Positions 9,401-18,705 of a stretch of DNA of 55,502 nt are shown here, one piece after another; positions within the stretch are counted from its first letter, which is position 1; the number at the start of each line of letters is the position of its first letter. The DNA lies in assembly GCA_903903365.1 (NCBI GenBank), contig CAIUYS010000695.1, forward strand, positions 1 to 55,502. Direction: 5' to 3'. The position numbers were made by a program, and so were the translations under genes. The notes under the pieces are model-generated. The model had not been told where the DNA came from and did not search any database. It was given only the letters and a program-made list of their open reading frames with translations. Source of the stretch: an uncultured Methylococcaceae bacterium. Lineage in GTDB: Bacteria; Pseudomonadota; Gammaproteobacteria; Methylococcales; Methylomonadaceae.

Positions 9401-12400
9401 CACTCCCGGGGTTTCGCGCTGTGCCATTTCCAACAGCCGCACTTTGTCAGCGGGAGATAGCTCACCCTCCATTTGCCGTAAACGCAACTCCATCAAGCCC
9501 GCTTCTGGCAAGGCCGAGAGTGTGCCGCGCAATTCTTCGGGCACTTGGGTCATGCGCACTTCGCGTGCAGTGCGTCTTGCCTGGTTTTCGGTTTCCATGC
9601 GTTGGCGCACTTGGGAGGCGGCCGCTTCCATGAAACCCTGGAATTTTTCGCTACTGAGTTCAGGGTTGGCTGTTTGTGCCGCTCTTAGAAGTGCTGCCTG
9701 TTCCTTGGGATTACCTGGCTCACCTGCTTGAATCAGTTTATGCGCCAAGGCTACATCTGCATCGGGTAATAACGTAAATATTGGGGCGGCTTCTGTTGGA
9801 ATCATTGCCAATATTCCACGCCGTTTAGTAGCTGCGACTGAGGTTAATTTTTCTTGAAATTGCTGTGAATTACTTACTGCTTTATGCAAACTGCTTAGGA
9901 AACTGAATTCATCCAAATGCGGATTTTTGGTTTGCGCCGCATGCAATAGTTCGTCGGCATGGGCGCTGTTAAATTTGCCACTTCCAATCATGGCTGCGGC
10001 TTTGGCCAATTCAACATCACTCAGATGTTGTAAACTCTCTAGCGGTATATTTTTCAATACAATTTTGGCGCCTTCGTGAAGATGCGTGCCGAGTTGTTCC
10101 CGCAGATGAGATTGCTGAGTCGGATCAAGCTCAGCATTGGGAACACTGTTTTGTCTGCGCTGGACTGCCTGGGCCAATTCGTGCATTAATGCGTGGGGAT
10201 CTAAATCAGGTACGCTACTTGTCAATTCCGAGATAAACGTTTCGCGTGCTTCTTTCGCTTTTGCTGTCAAATTACCTTTACCATCTAGCTGACCTATATC
10301 GCCCAAGCTGGCCTGCTCTAGCATACCTGCCATGGATTGGAGTGAGTGCAGATCAAATGTTTTGGCTTGTTCACGCAGATTTGGCGGCATCCGTTCAAGC
10401 AATGCCCGAGCGGCATGAACTTCTTTCAACACATGGTTCATGTCTTGGTCGTAATGCAAAGCGCCTGCAGAAATACCGAAGGCACGGAGGGCGTGGAGCT
10501 GTGGTTCGGTTAATGTTACGCCACTTCGCGCGACTTCAAGTAAATTGCGATAGGTCGCGCGGTGCATACTCATAATACCGCCACGCGCTGCTCCCACCAT
10601 CATTTCACGCATTCCGGACATGCCTACGTGGCTTATGGCTTCCAAAAATGTGCCATGAAATTGGCCTGAGGAATAGTCAATTAACAGACCTGCCGTTTCG
10701 CCTGCCATGTTGTTGATACTATTGGTGAGCGCTTCGCGGAACATTTCCCGGCTATGAGGGCCTAGCCGCTCAGCCATGCCGGTGCCGGCTTTGATTTTCG
10801 ACGGATCGATTTCACCTACGTGCAAGGCGGGACTGAGTTTTTGGGTAATTCCCTCAGAAACACCTGTGGAAATTGCCGCTACTACAGCGCCACGAATGGC
10901 ACCATTGGCGACTCGCTCCAAGCCACGCCCCAAACCATCTTTCCAGGTGTCGTCTTGAATAGCCGTTGATGCCGCACTACTGACTGCGCTGACAATCGCT
11001 TCACGCGCCATAGCGCCGCCAACTTTACCAAGGCGTGCAATCATGCCTTCACCAATTTTTGCCAGTGCACCGGTTTTACCCAAGCCGCCAGCCAAAGAGC
11101 CACCAATACCTGCAGTTGCAGCTTCAATAGCGGTGGTGGCAATATCCGTTGCAGCTTCCTCCCAACCGTAGCGATTTCCGCGCATACCGGCTTTTACAGC
11201 AATGGTTGCAGCACCGGCGACAATGGCAGAAATGATGCCGGCGGCAACGATGTTTACCCCAGGAACGACCATCAATGCAATAGAGGTGATGAGCGCCAAT
11301 ACCGTGATGCCCGTGGTTAACATAGCTTCTTGGCGATCTATTTCAGCGTGATAGGCCTCGGCTGCATAACTAATACCTTCGCTATGACTGCGCAGTAAAG
11401 CACTGCCTTTATCACGCAGTTTTCCGTCCCCATCAAAGGCGGCCGATTTAACGGCAGCATTAACGTTGCCATCCGCATCAAAAATTGTTCCAGGATTTTT
11501 CTCAAATTGTGCCGCTATTTCAGGATCTTGCGTTTTAGCAACCGCCAGAATTGTGCGTGCAAGCTGATCGCGCTGAGCATCCAGACTTTGCTGTTCAGCC
11601 GTGCCCCGCATACTATATTTGGCGATAAAGCCAGTGCCTTCAACGCGCTCTTGGTTATAATGCAAGGCGGCATACTTGACATAATCCAAATCGGATTCAC
11701 GGTTGCCATAAGACAAACGCTTGAGTTGCATGGCTAGATCGCCGGAAGTTTCCGCACCGCGCGTGGCAAACCAAGCCACTGGGCTAATCGCAAGCAAGGC
11801 TTTATCTTCTGCCGTCAAGTCGCGCTTTTTTATACCCAGCATCTCTTCCATGTCTTCGCCGCGCTCTTTTTTCCAGTTCTTATTGGCGGCTTTAATTTCA
11901 GCATGAGTGCGATCGGTGTAACTGCGGAGTAACAAATCTTCGTGGGTACCAAGACCTTCAGTGGCAAGCGCTACTCCAGCCTCCAAACTGGCGCGCCCTT
12001 CCATAATCATTTCTCGCCCATAGCGGGCATGGCTCGGGTTATGGGTAATGCCAAGGTAATCGCCAAGCGTTTGGGTATTGCCAAACATGGCTGCCATTTG
12101 ATCAGCCATCCAGACTTCGGCTTTTTGCGGATCTTTAGGGGCGTTCGGGTCCACGCCAACAGCAACGCCCTGCATAATGCGTTGATTTTTGGCACGAGCT
12201 TCTTCCGCCAAGCGTTTATATTTCAGGCGCTCTTCAGGTGGCGTTTTTGGGTCTTTTTCCTTGCGTAAATAAGTGGCTAAATCGCGATTTTCGAAGGTAT
12301 CACTGAGCCGTATTTGTGTGGTTTGAGAAGGTTTCCCATCCTCTTTTGCACGTGTGAATTCAAAAATTCCCTTCGCAATTTTAGCTTTTTCTTTGGCATC

Positions 12401-15400
12401 AGCTACCTTAGTATCATCGTCTTTAACGTCCATTGCTTTCGCATCAATTTCCGCACTGATGTAATTTTTAGCTTCCTTGCCCATATCGATTTTTTCGATA
12501 TTGGGAATACCTGCCAAATTGGACAAACCTATAACAGATGATAAGTGTGACTTTGTGGCGTAACCCTTAAACTGGCTGCGGGCAAAATCCATTGAAACTT
12601 TGGCTTGATCGGCCTCGGTGCGCTCGGATAATTTTTTCCCTGAACTGATCATCACCGCGAACTCGCGAATGACTTTGTTGTTTTTTTCCTGCATCTGACT
12701 TTCATCAACAAAGTCAGACCGCACTTTCAATTCTTCATGGAGAATGGAATCCATTTTGCCGATGGCATCCACTCGTGCTTCGTCGGAGCGTTTTTGCGCA
12801 GATTCAGCGCTAAAAATCCAACCCCATTCCCCCTCTTTTTGACCTTTATCCAGATTTTCTTTCGTGCGTGCCGCCACTACTCGTTCGGTATCGCCCGAGA
12901 GATAGGCCGTGCTAATCTCGGCTTGATTAATATTCAGCTCGTTCTCTAAGTAGTTAGAGAGATTCTTGATTTTATCCGTGCCGAAAGCGCTTTTTTCCAT
13001 GCCTTGGGCCAACGCTTCACGCGTTTCCCGAGAGTTGTAATCCAGTAAGCCGGTAGAGTTTTTAATAGCATCAACACGCGCATCGATCCTCTCCTGTTCA
13101 CTGCCTTTCAGTAAAGTTAAGGCTGTGGTTTTTTGCGGCTCGGCCATTCGGGATTTAATGCGACCTTCAAGCGATCCGTAATGTACTGTGCCATTTTCAA
13201 ACACCTCCGCCAGAGCAGGCACTCCTGGCCATACGAGGTTGCCCAACTGTTGCAGCACTTTGTTTTCATTGGCGTCTTTGCAGTAAACATAAACACCGGC
13301 GGCTATAACACCCACAACGGGAATGGCCGCCAAGCCTGCCGCAGTAGCAGTTGAGCTTTCCGGCATGGCATCTTGCAATGCTGCCGCACGTCTTTCTAAA
13401 TCTCCCTTAGTGCCTTTTATCGACTGAACTAAAGGGCCGTCACTCACTTCCATTTGCTTTACAAAACCTTCCAGGTTCTTGTATTGTGATTTTTCAGTAC
13501 TGCTGATGTAACCATTTAGGTAGCTCACAGCCGATTCATCAAGGTTGTCTAACCCAGTTTCTTTTGTGTTATTGACTGTTGCTAACAGGCTTTTGGCAAC
13601 CTTGGAGGCATAACCCTCAGCCGCTTTTATGGCATTAGCTGAGTTTTCACTCATTTTGCCGGTCATTTGGCCTGAAAAAAGCACCATATCAAACGCGGAT
13701 TGTATGAAAACATCATTGACACTCGCTGCGGCTTCCTGGCCCGCTTTGATAATGCCATTCACCTGATCTTTTTTGACCTCTGCCATTTGTTCGATGGTTT
13801 CAGCCGCTTGTCGTTTAGCACCCAATTCATGCTGGCTGCGCAGTTTTTCAGCGCTGTCACGTGCGGCCAATAGTTTGGGCACCAGTCCACGTGAATCAAG
13901 AAATTGGTTCGGTGGCAACAGTGCATTAAGGCGGCTAACCAAATCACGATAGGCGACAGCCATAGGAATGGCTGAATTGACCAGAGCTACTTCGGATGTG
14001 GCTGCTTGTTCACGCAAGCCTTGATAAGCTTTGTGACCGGTTTTATGAATGTTTTCTACCAACTTGTCTTGCAGATCTTTGTCGCAGTATTCAATGGCTT
14101 GATCGCGCTTTTTCTCAATGGTGAGTTGCGCTTCAAAAACGGCAGCCTCTGCTGCCGTCATATTGAGTTCTTTACTTACAATGACCGGGTCAATAGTATT
14201 GGATTTATCTTTTCCGTGATGTTTGGATTGCGGTGTTGTCAGTCCCAACACCAAGGTTGAAAATTCAGCGCGCGAAGATTCCGAATCCATTGCTGAATTA
14301 AGGCTGTTGGCATTTCCTACTAATTCCTTATCTTTATTGGTAGACATACCCTCAAGTACCGGATTGACACGAAATTTCATGTACTCTTGGGTTTTAGCGC
14401 CTGCGCTGCCCTCAATATCAGTTTGAGATTTAATGACTGCTTCTAAAGGAGCTTTAGTGTCGGTAACGATTTTGTAGGAGTTCGTCTTGTCCTTTTCCGA
14501 GCCCTCTTTTTTTTCTTTTTCGACTCTCTGATCCTTGAGTTTTGAATCTTTTTCTTCTGCCTTGGCGGTTTTTTGACTTAACAAAAGTTGACCTTTGCCC
14601 GAGGCAGGAACAGCAGAAATACTGGCTTTAGCCTCTCCTATTCGATTATTAAATTGTCCTATGGCGATATCGTAAAGTTGTTGTACATCCACTGAGGCCG
14701 ATTTGAGTTGTTTGACTATATCGACTTTGGTGGTGTTTTGGCTGGTCTCTAATTGTTTGCCTGTCAGTACTTTTGCATTTGCAATATGATCAGATTCTGC
14801 CTTTGCGGACTCGGTAATATCTTTACCGGCTTTTTTAACGGCATCTTTAATTTGTTTGACAGCAGACGCAGTGACTTTTGGAATCTCTTCGGCCATATCT
14901 TCTATGGAGATACGGGTACTTCGCGCTACATTTCCCAACTGCCAGACCATGCGCCGCTGAGCGGTACGTGCCGCTTCAGTCGCACGTTCCGTGGCTTGCC
15001 GGACATTGGCGTGATGTTGCTCAGGCGAAGTTCCGGTACGCTTAATGATTTCATTGCGCCGCTCAATCGCCTGCGTAGGTGGACTGAATACCCAAGGAGT
15101 AACCAAGGGGGCGAGGTTAGGTAACTTGGCAACCACAACCTCCATGTTTTTGTCATCTTCATCGTTTGCGCCGCCTGTTACGCTTGTTGCTGCACCACTT
15201 GCCGCTCCTGTTGCAAGCGTTTCCGCTGCTGTTGCAGCTAGAACAGGCGCTTTTTGTTCAATATTTTCAGTTGATGTCGATGCTGGACCTGCTGCGCCTT
15301 TACCAGTACCTACTGCTGTGGCTGCTGTACTTTTCTCAAGGTTGTCGCCATCTTGAGTTTTTGCCACTCCTTGAGCTTTTGTTCCGCTCGAAGCTTTATC

Positions 15401-15691
15401 CTGCGCTGCAGGCTCAACGGGCGTTTTTTTTACAGGTGGCTTAAGGTCTGATGGAGTTTGATTTTGTGGCAGATTTTTGATGCCGTTACTGACGGCCGAA
15501 TTGTAATTCGTTTGACGGGTAGAGATGTTGCTCGAATCTAATCTTGGCTGATCCAGTTTTTGTTTAGAACTCAAGTAAGCGGGAGGCAGTAGCGTCACCT
15601 CGGTTTTGGCTTGCGGCGCTAAAGAAGAGCTGTCTATCCTCTGTGAGGACGATTCCGCAGGGCGGGTTGTAGTAGTTGCTTCTTTAGCCAT
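6440..15691 (-). CDS. Giant (3083 aa) eCIS-associated multidomain effector/toxin candidate
   Basis: Disordered N-terminus, long helical region, annexin-like GLGTHEDLL...ETSGDL, hydrophobic Gly/Ala helices, ~80-aa repeats, zincin-like EEGIHALQ, C-terminal E...PD...DVK nuclease-like motif; at the end of the eCIS operon. Confidence 0.72.
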   Translation of the reverse strand: MAKEATTTTRPAESSSQRIDSSSLAPQAKTEVTLLPPAYLSSKQKLDQPRLDSSNISTRQTNYNSAVSNGIKNLPQNQTPSDLKPPVKKTPVEPAAQDKASSGTKAQGVAKTQDGDNLEKSTAATAVGTGKGAAGPASTSTENIEQKAPVLAATAAETLATGAASGAATSVTGGANDEDDKNMEVVVAKLPNLAPLVTPWVFSPPTQAIERRNEIIKRTGTSPEQHHANVRQATERATEAARTAQRRMVWQLGNVARSTRISIEDMAEEIPKVTASAVKQIKDAVKKAGKDITESAKAESDHIANAKVLTGKQLETSQNTTKVDIVKQLKSASVDVQQLYDIAIGQFNNRIGEAKASISAVPASGKGQLLLSQKTAKAEEKDSKLKDQRVEKEKKEGSEKDKTNSYKIVTDTKAPLEAVIKSQTDIEGSAGAKTQEYMKFRVNPVLEGMSTNKDKELVGNANSLNSAMDSESSRAEFSTLVLGLTTPQSKHHGKDKSNTIDPVIVSKELNMTAAEAAVFEAQLTIEKKRDQAIEYCDKDLQDKLVENIHKTGHKAYQGLREQAATSEVALVNSAIPMAVAYRDLVSRLNALLPPNQFLDSRGLVPKLLAARDSAEKLRSQHELGAKRQAAETIEQMAEVKKDQVNGIIKAGQEAAASVNDVFIQSAFDMVLFSGQMTGKMSENSANAIKAAEGYASKVAKSLLATVNNTKETGLDNLDESAVSYLNGYISSTEKSQYKNLEGFVKQMEVSDGPLVQSIKGTKGDLERRAAALQDAMPESSTATAAGLAAIPVVGVIAAGVYVYCKDANENKVLQQLGNLVWPGVPALAEVFENGTVHYGSLEGRIKSRMAEPQKTTALTLLKGSEQERIDARVDAIKNSTGLLDYNSRETREALAQGMEKSAFGTDKIKNLSNYLENELNINQAEISTAYLSGDTERVVAARTKENLDKGQKEGEWGWIFSAESAQKRSDEARVDAIGKMDSILHEELKVRSDFVDESQMQEKNNKVIREFAVMISSGKKLSERTEADQAKVSMDFARSQFKGYATKSHLSSVIGLSNLAGIPNIEKIDMGKEAKNYISAEIDAKAMDVKDDDTKVADAKEKAKIAKGIFEFTRAKEDGKPSQTTQIRLSDTFENRDLATYLRKEKDPKTPPEERLKYKRLAEEARAKNQRIMQGVAVGVDPNAPKDPQKAEVWMADQMAAMFGNTQTLGDYLGITHNPSHARYGREMIMEGRASLEAGVALATEGLGTHEDLLLRSYTDRTHAEIKAANKNWKKERGEDMEEMLGIKKRDLTAEDKALLAISPVAWFATRGAETSGDLAMQLKRLSYGNRESDLDYVKYAALHYNQERVEGTGFIAKYSMRGTAEQQSLDAQRDQLARTILAVAKTQDPEIAAQFEKNPGTIFDADGNVNAAVKSAAFDGDGKLRDKGSALLRSHSEGISYAAEAYHAEIDRQEAMLTTGITVLALITSIALMVVPGVNIVAAGIISAIVAGAATIAVKAGMRGNRYGWEEAATDIATTAIEAATAGIGGSLAGGLGKTGALAKIGEGMIARLGKVGGAMAREAIVSAVSSAASTAIQDDTWKDGLGRGLERVANGAIRGAVVAAISTGVSEGITQKLSPALHVGEIDPSKIKAGTGMAERLGPHSREMFREALTNSINNMAGETAGLLIDYSSGQFHGTFLEAISHVGMSGMREMMVGAARGGIMSMHRATYRNLLEVARSGVTLTEPQLHALRAFGISAGALHYDQDMNHVLKEVHAARALLERMPPNLREQAKTFDLHSLQSMAGMLEQASLGDIGQLDGKGNLTAKAKEARETFISELTSSVPDLDPHALMHELAQAVQRRQNSVPNAELDPTQQSHLREQLGTHLHEGAKIVLKNIPLESLQHLSDVELAKAAAMIGSGKFNSAHADELLHAAQTKNPHLDEFSFLSSLHKAVSNSQQFQEKLTSVAATKRRGILAMIPTEAAPIFTLLPDADVALAHKLIQAGEPGNPKEQAALLRAAQTANPELSSEKFQGFMEAAASQVRQRMETENQARRTAREVRMTQVPEELRGTLSALPEAGLMELRLRQMEGELSPADKVRLLEMAQRETPGVDPHILGQALEQAVKHPPAELATEAQTADMRRHLLSAIPAEQKSLIEHTRIMVVPAEEFAAFTRSKKGQAVTLIINGEPVVVVREGANPRVLREEGIHALQAQDPRWAKHIGALDERSMAQWDSLPLEQQIELYRNKVALELDAQAHLIRGLESDIEKASSRSERRELEQHLAQVKGAFENLSRRSTEVGGMDALDITNIKAGFSERPQWLEQPARLFSKEEEAQQIPPKNHPEERVLTPLSETERQEQEDLVNRLAQRLKKGGEADTRWRQTAVQTMDLNTLRTVVNLHTDPEVVRNVFSLAQKSQNPKTFIEQVHFLAGHLDAETAVSITRKNNGEHLLNALVELHQQSTPQQAVRILKLASSDQIIDSILGVKIHGDGKTEVHQLAISDIHKILSVSNNATTAKQLINIAAESANSSGFVKNLYQIFNALPETNRSELIARVAAKEQGQIELTHQIVKVINSFVENSALGSRMAQEILQNNHSISVVESLNSILSSDHPDARNEMVKLLSQSLSNQKTQQVLSLLHNASLAPEKGISLTERLKDHPQVLCDIIRFAAKSSRHLETLSRITQIAHVASNHQPSLVSELHGYIKTQMQSGSEAHLRSLHEMARLIEENGGKITPEVINALKSGNSLVTARVIAPVPADLQKTNAPPDIGLDHVNLSEAAKKFVEDWHKFMLGNFTVNTVNGKTRAVSESYGDFVGFLMHQEGLNLSDDQIHAALHETIQSLLKKEKELNVDTIRHGFKEQFKEQILTWVLHGDPHASGVEPFAASDPTTRAKLVAASLKRLESLTNHELNVKDRANLVELWYAAYHESFTGTRLKKPTLREIDNPRMVQDKEGVEIPGAKTDKGERYPDFADPPTLHDVKSHESSLSDEDDIRLRTYLRAASAEGGAKVRIGGESPTTFDKVHVAFTNSEGAEASVQTLTKLLNDYKEHFNFSFFNPHTGVEEIINATRLKDLGVNKPYTPEAIRRVINHLRNPPP

Positions 15692-15695
15692 GGCA

Positions 15696-16655
15696 TTAAT
15701 GTTTACGCAGGCTTGCTGACGCCTGAGTCAGCAGGGTGGGTGTTAAATAGCGGAAGATTTTGGGTAGCCATAGCCACTTATCATCCAGCCACACCAAGCC
15801 ATCGTAAAGGGTGCTATCGCCAGCAGGGCTCACCAGTTTCCAGCACATCCAAACACGCCTGGGGTTCATCCAACCCGCAATATCGCGGTAACCGCCTGGG
15901 AATTTGTTGCTGAGCATATTCGGCCAACGCAATAGACCTGCGGGAGATGCAAATACTTCAATACGCGTATCGGGCGTTAGATGTTCCAGGCGCAGATTAG
16001 GATCTGCAAATAGTTTTTCTATGCCCTGTAGAGCTGCATCAATTAAAACGTCATCAAACAACTGTTCAATATCAGCTCGGCTGGGTTTCAATGTTTGCAC
16101 AAAGGCGGGATCATCCAGACGGCGAATCAAAGCAGGCGCGGCTTCAGACATGATTTTCATTTGCACCAGCAACTCAGTGCGCGCTTGGTTGATACGCTCT
16201 AATTTTGCACAAACCTCCTGCGCCTGTTCGGCTAGCACTGGCTCGGCATCTTTCGTTAAGCTGCGTGTGCGTTCGATTAAATCCACCCGCTCGGTTTCCC
16301 GGGCTGCCCAAAGCCCTAACAGGCGTTCGCGGATATCATCAGAATCGAGCATCGATTCCACTGCATCCGGACTTAAAAGTGGTAACTGACTGGCCAAGGC
16401 TTGACGCAAAGAAGGTGGCAGTGTTGCAACTTCCAGTACCCGCATTTTCACCACAGGGTTGAAGGTATAAACCACGAAAGGCTTGTTGCCTGCCCAACTC
16501 CAGGTGGCGACTTCGGGTTCACCGTAAATCAAGGGCGGTGCTGCCATGTCGAGCGGGTCGCGCTGCCAGCCGAGTTGCGCCAGTATGCGTGCAATGTCGA
16601 TGAATGGACATTGCGGCTGTACTATAAGAATTTGGTTTAGCGATTGAGTGGTCAT
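15696..16655 (-). CDS. Hypothetical protein with HEAT-like segment (eCIS accessory)
   Basis: Start re-called at ATG 16655 (MTTQSLNQ) to avoid overlap with the ATPase; DSDDIRERLLGLWAA...DAEPVLAEQA resembles a HEAT repeat. Confidence 0.65.
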   Translation of the reverse strand: MTTQSLNQILIVQPQCPFIDIARILAQLGWQRDPLDMAAPPLIYGEPEVATWSWAGNKPFVVYTFNPVVKMRVLEVATLPPSLRQALASQLPLLSPDAVESMLDSDDIRERLLGLWAARETERVDLIERTRSLTKDAEPVLAEQAQEVCAKLERINQARTELLVQMKIMSEAAPALIRRLDDPAFVQTLKPSRADIEQLFDDVLIDAALQGIEKLFADPNLRLEHLTPDTRIEVFASPAGLLRWPNMLSNKFPGGYRDIAGWMNPRRVWMCWKLVSPAGDSTLYDGLVWLDDKWLWLPKIFRYLTPTLLTQASASLRKH

Positions 16656-16683
16656 AATTGTTTCTTTAGTTTTACAAGCTTTG

Positions 16684-18705
16684 CTAGGCAAGCCCTTCCA
16701 GTTTTTTTGGTAAATCCCGACCTTGTTTGCGATATTCCGCACGCAGACCTTCGAGTAAATTAGCGTTGGTAATGGTGTTGTCCTGAGCATAAGCCGCAGC
16801 AGTGAGAACCACGTTACGCACTTGTCCGCCAGCCAGATCGCAGATGCTGGCGAGGTGGCGGTAGACATCTTCGCCTGGGCCGCGCTCACCGAAGTGGCTG
16901 CGCCACAGATGCAAGCGCTCCTCAAAGCCCGGCAGCGGGAATTCAACAATGCTATCTAAACGGCGAGTGAAGGCATTGTCAATACGCTCGCGGCTGTTGG
17001 TGGTAAGAATGACAATGCCGGGATGAGACTCAATGCGGGTGAGCAAAAAGTTGGTTAGCATATTGGCGAAACGCTCGCCGTTTTCCTGTCCTTCACCACG
17101 ATTACCGAAGAGCGCATCGGCTTCGTCAAACAATAAAACCACATCGCTCGCGGCGGCTTGATCCAGCAGTTGCGCAAGGTTTTTTTCGGATTCGCCAATG
17201 TATTTATTCATCACCGCTGACAGGTCTACCCGATACAGCGGCGAACCCAAACGGGTGGCTATGTAACTTGCGGCTAGGGTTTTACCTGTACCGCTTTCAC
17301 CCACAAAGAGTACGCGCACTCCGGGATTCGGTGTAACTTTTAAGGTATCGCCCAACCGTTCCCAGAGAGATTCGCGCTTACAAGCGCGTAGTACCACTGT
17401 GTCCAGGGATTGCTCCACCATGTTCGGTAAAACCAATGCTTCGGCACTGACCTGGCGGGTGATGGGTTGAGCCAAGAGGCGCAGTTTGTCAGCTCCTCGT
17501 TTGCGGCGTGCTTCCGCGATATGCGTTAAAGCCAAATCGAGTTGCTGACGGCGTGCTAATTGGCAGGCGTGTTCGGCAACAAGCTGGATAGAGCGAGCAC
17601 TTAAAAGAGCACTGGCGGCTAGCTGTCGGCAAAGTGCCGGATCAGCCTCCTCCGCAAGCGCTTGCTGCCAGATTACAAGGCGTTCTGCCTGATTAGGCGT
17701 TTCTAAAGCGACTTCCAACATATCGCCTTCAACAGCCCCATCGCTACCTAAAATGACTACCAGCGGGCTTCTGGAGGGGCTAAAACGCAGTGCATCTGCC
17801 GGTGCGAGTTTGGGACGTAACACAGGCAACCAACGCGCATAGCGGCAGGCTATGGCAAATACAGGCTGATCACGCCACACCTCCAAGGGCGTATCAATGG
17901 CGGTTAACTGCATGGCTGCCGCTAAACGCTGGCTAAACAAGCCACGTCCTGTATGGGGAGTACCACGTACCACCACGCCCTGAAAGCTTGAGTTGTCGGT
18001 TAGCAAGCCTGCCAAGGAAGGTAGTTCGGCAAGGGCGGAAGGCGGCAATAACCAATCTGGTTGAGCCGATAATGGCTGTAGCCGACACTGAGGCCAAGAA
18101 GTAGAACGCCCTAACAGAATCGACCAGAGAAAGGGATTCAGGTACAGCCGTTGTAGGGGTAACGGTACATCGCCCATTAACATCAGCACTTGCTCGTTAA
18201 TCAGCGGTTGCTCGGCAACATCGAGTGCATTGCGCAACTGCGTCTCGCCAAACAGGCAGTCCAAAAGCGCACAAACCAAATGTACGCAAGGGCGAGGCTT
18301 GTTATCAGGCGCTTGCAATTCCGCCAAGATAAGATTGAGCCAATGGCTGGTTTCCACTAATCCCACCAAGGCGAGCGTAAATAACTGACCTGCGTTGAGC
18401 TGATAATCTTTTACCAATTGCAACAACGGTAAAGCGGCAGAGATTGCGGCTTGGTTGCCGGTAGTCAACTGTTGCCAACGCTGGTTGACCATTTGCCATT
18501 CGGGCTCTTCTGCCGAGCCGAGCACTTGGCATATTCGAGCCTGAATCAGAGTATAGATGCCGCTATCGGTAGGTAAAGCTCTCCGCCAAAATGTCAGTAA
18601 GCCGCTGTATACCCATACTTCCAGTTCATCGCTCCAGCATTGATCGACACGGGCTTCAGCAAGGGCTATTGCCGTTGTGGCTTTGCGTTGCGGTTTAGCC
18701 TGCAT
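16684..18705 (-). CDS. eCIS AAA+ ATPase (Afp15/Pvc15-like)
   Basis: Walker A GESGTGKT, KYIGESEKNL, Walker B LLFDEADALF, TTN...AFTRRL; degenerate first AAA module (GTPHTGRG); start re-called at 18705 behind GGAGGA. Confidence 0.9.
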   Translation of the reverse strand: MQAKPQRKATTAIALAEARVDQCWSDELEVWVYSGLLTFWRRALPTDSGIYTLIQARICQVLGSAEEPEWQMVNQRWQQLTTGNQAAISAALPLLQLVKDYQLNAGQLFTLALVGLVETSHWLNLILAELQAPDNKPRPCVHLVCALLDCLFGETQLRNALDVAEQPLINEQVLMLMGDVPLPLQRLYLNPFLWSILLGRSTSWPQCRLQPLSAQPDWLLPPSALAELPSLAGLLTDNSSFQGVVVRGTPHTGRGLFSQRLAAAMQLTAIDTPLEVWRDQPVFAIACRYARWLPVLRPKLAPADALRFSPSRSPLVVILGSDGAVEGDMLEVALETPNQAERLVIWQQALAEEADPALCRQLAASALLSARSIQLVAEHACQLARRQQLDLALTHIAEARRKRGADKLRLLAQPITRQVSAEALVLPNMVEQSLDTVVLRACKRESLWERLGDTLKVTPNPGVRVLFVGESGTGKTLAASYIATRLGSPLYRVDLSAVMNKYIGESEKNLAQLLDQAAASDVVLLFDEADALFGNRGEGQENGERFANMLTNFLLTRIESHPGIVILTTNSRERIDNAFTRRLDSIVEFPLPGFEERLHLWRSHFGERGPGEDVYRHLASICDLAGGQVRNVVLTAAAYAQDNTITNANLLEGLRAEYRKQGRDLPKKLEGLA

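Noticed and set aside
16656-16949. N-terminal extension of ORF 15696..16949
   Set aside because: Overlaps the ATPase coding region in another frame; ATG at 16655 is the plausible start
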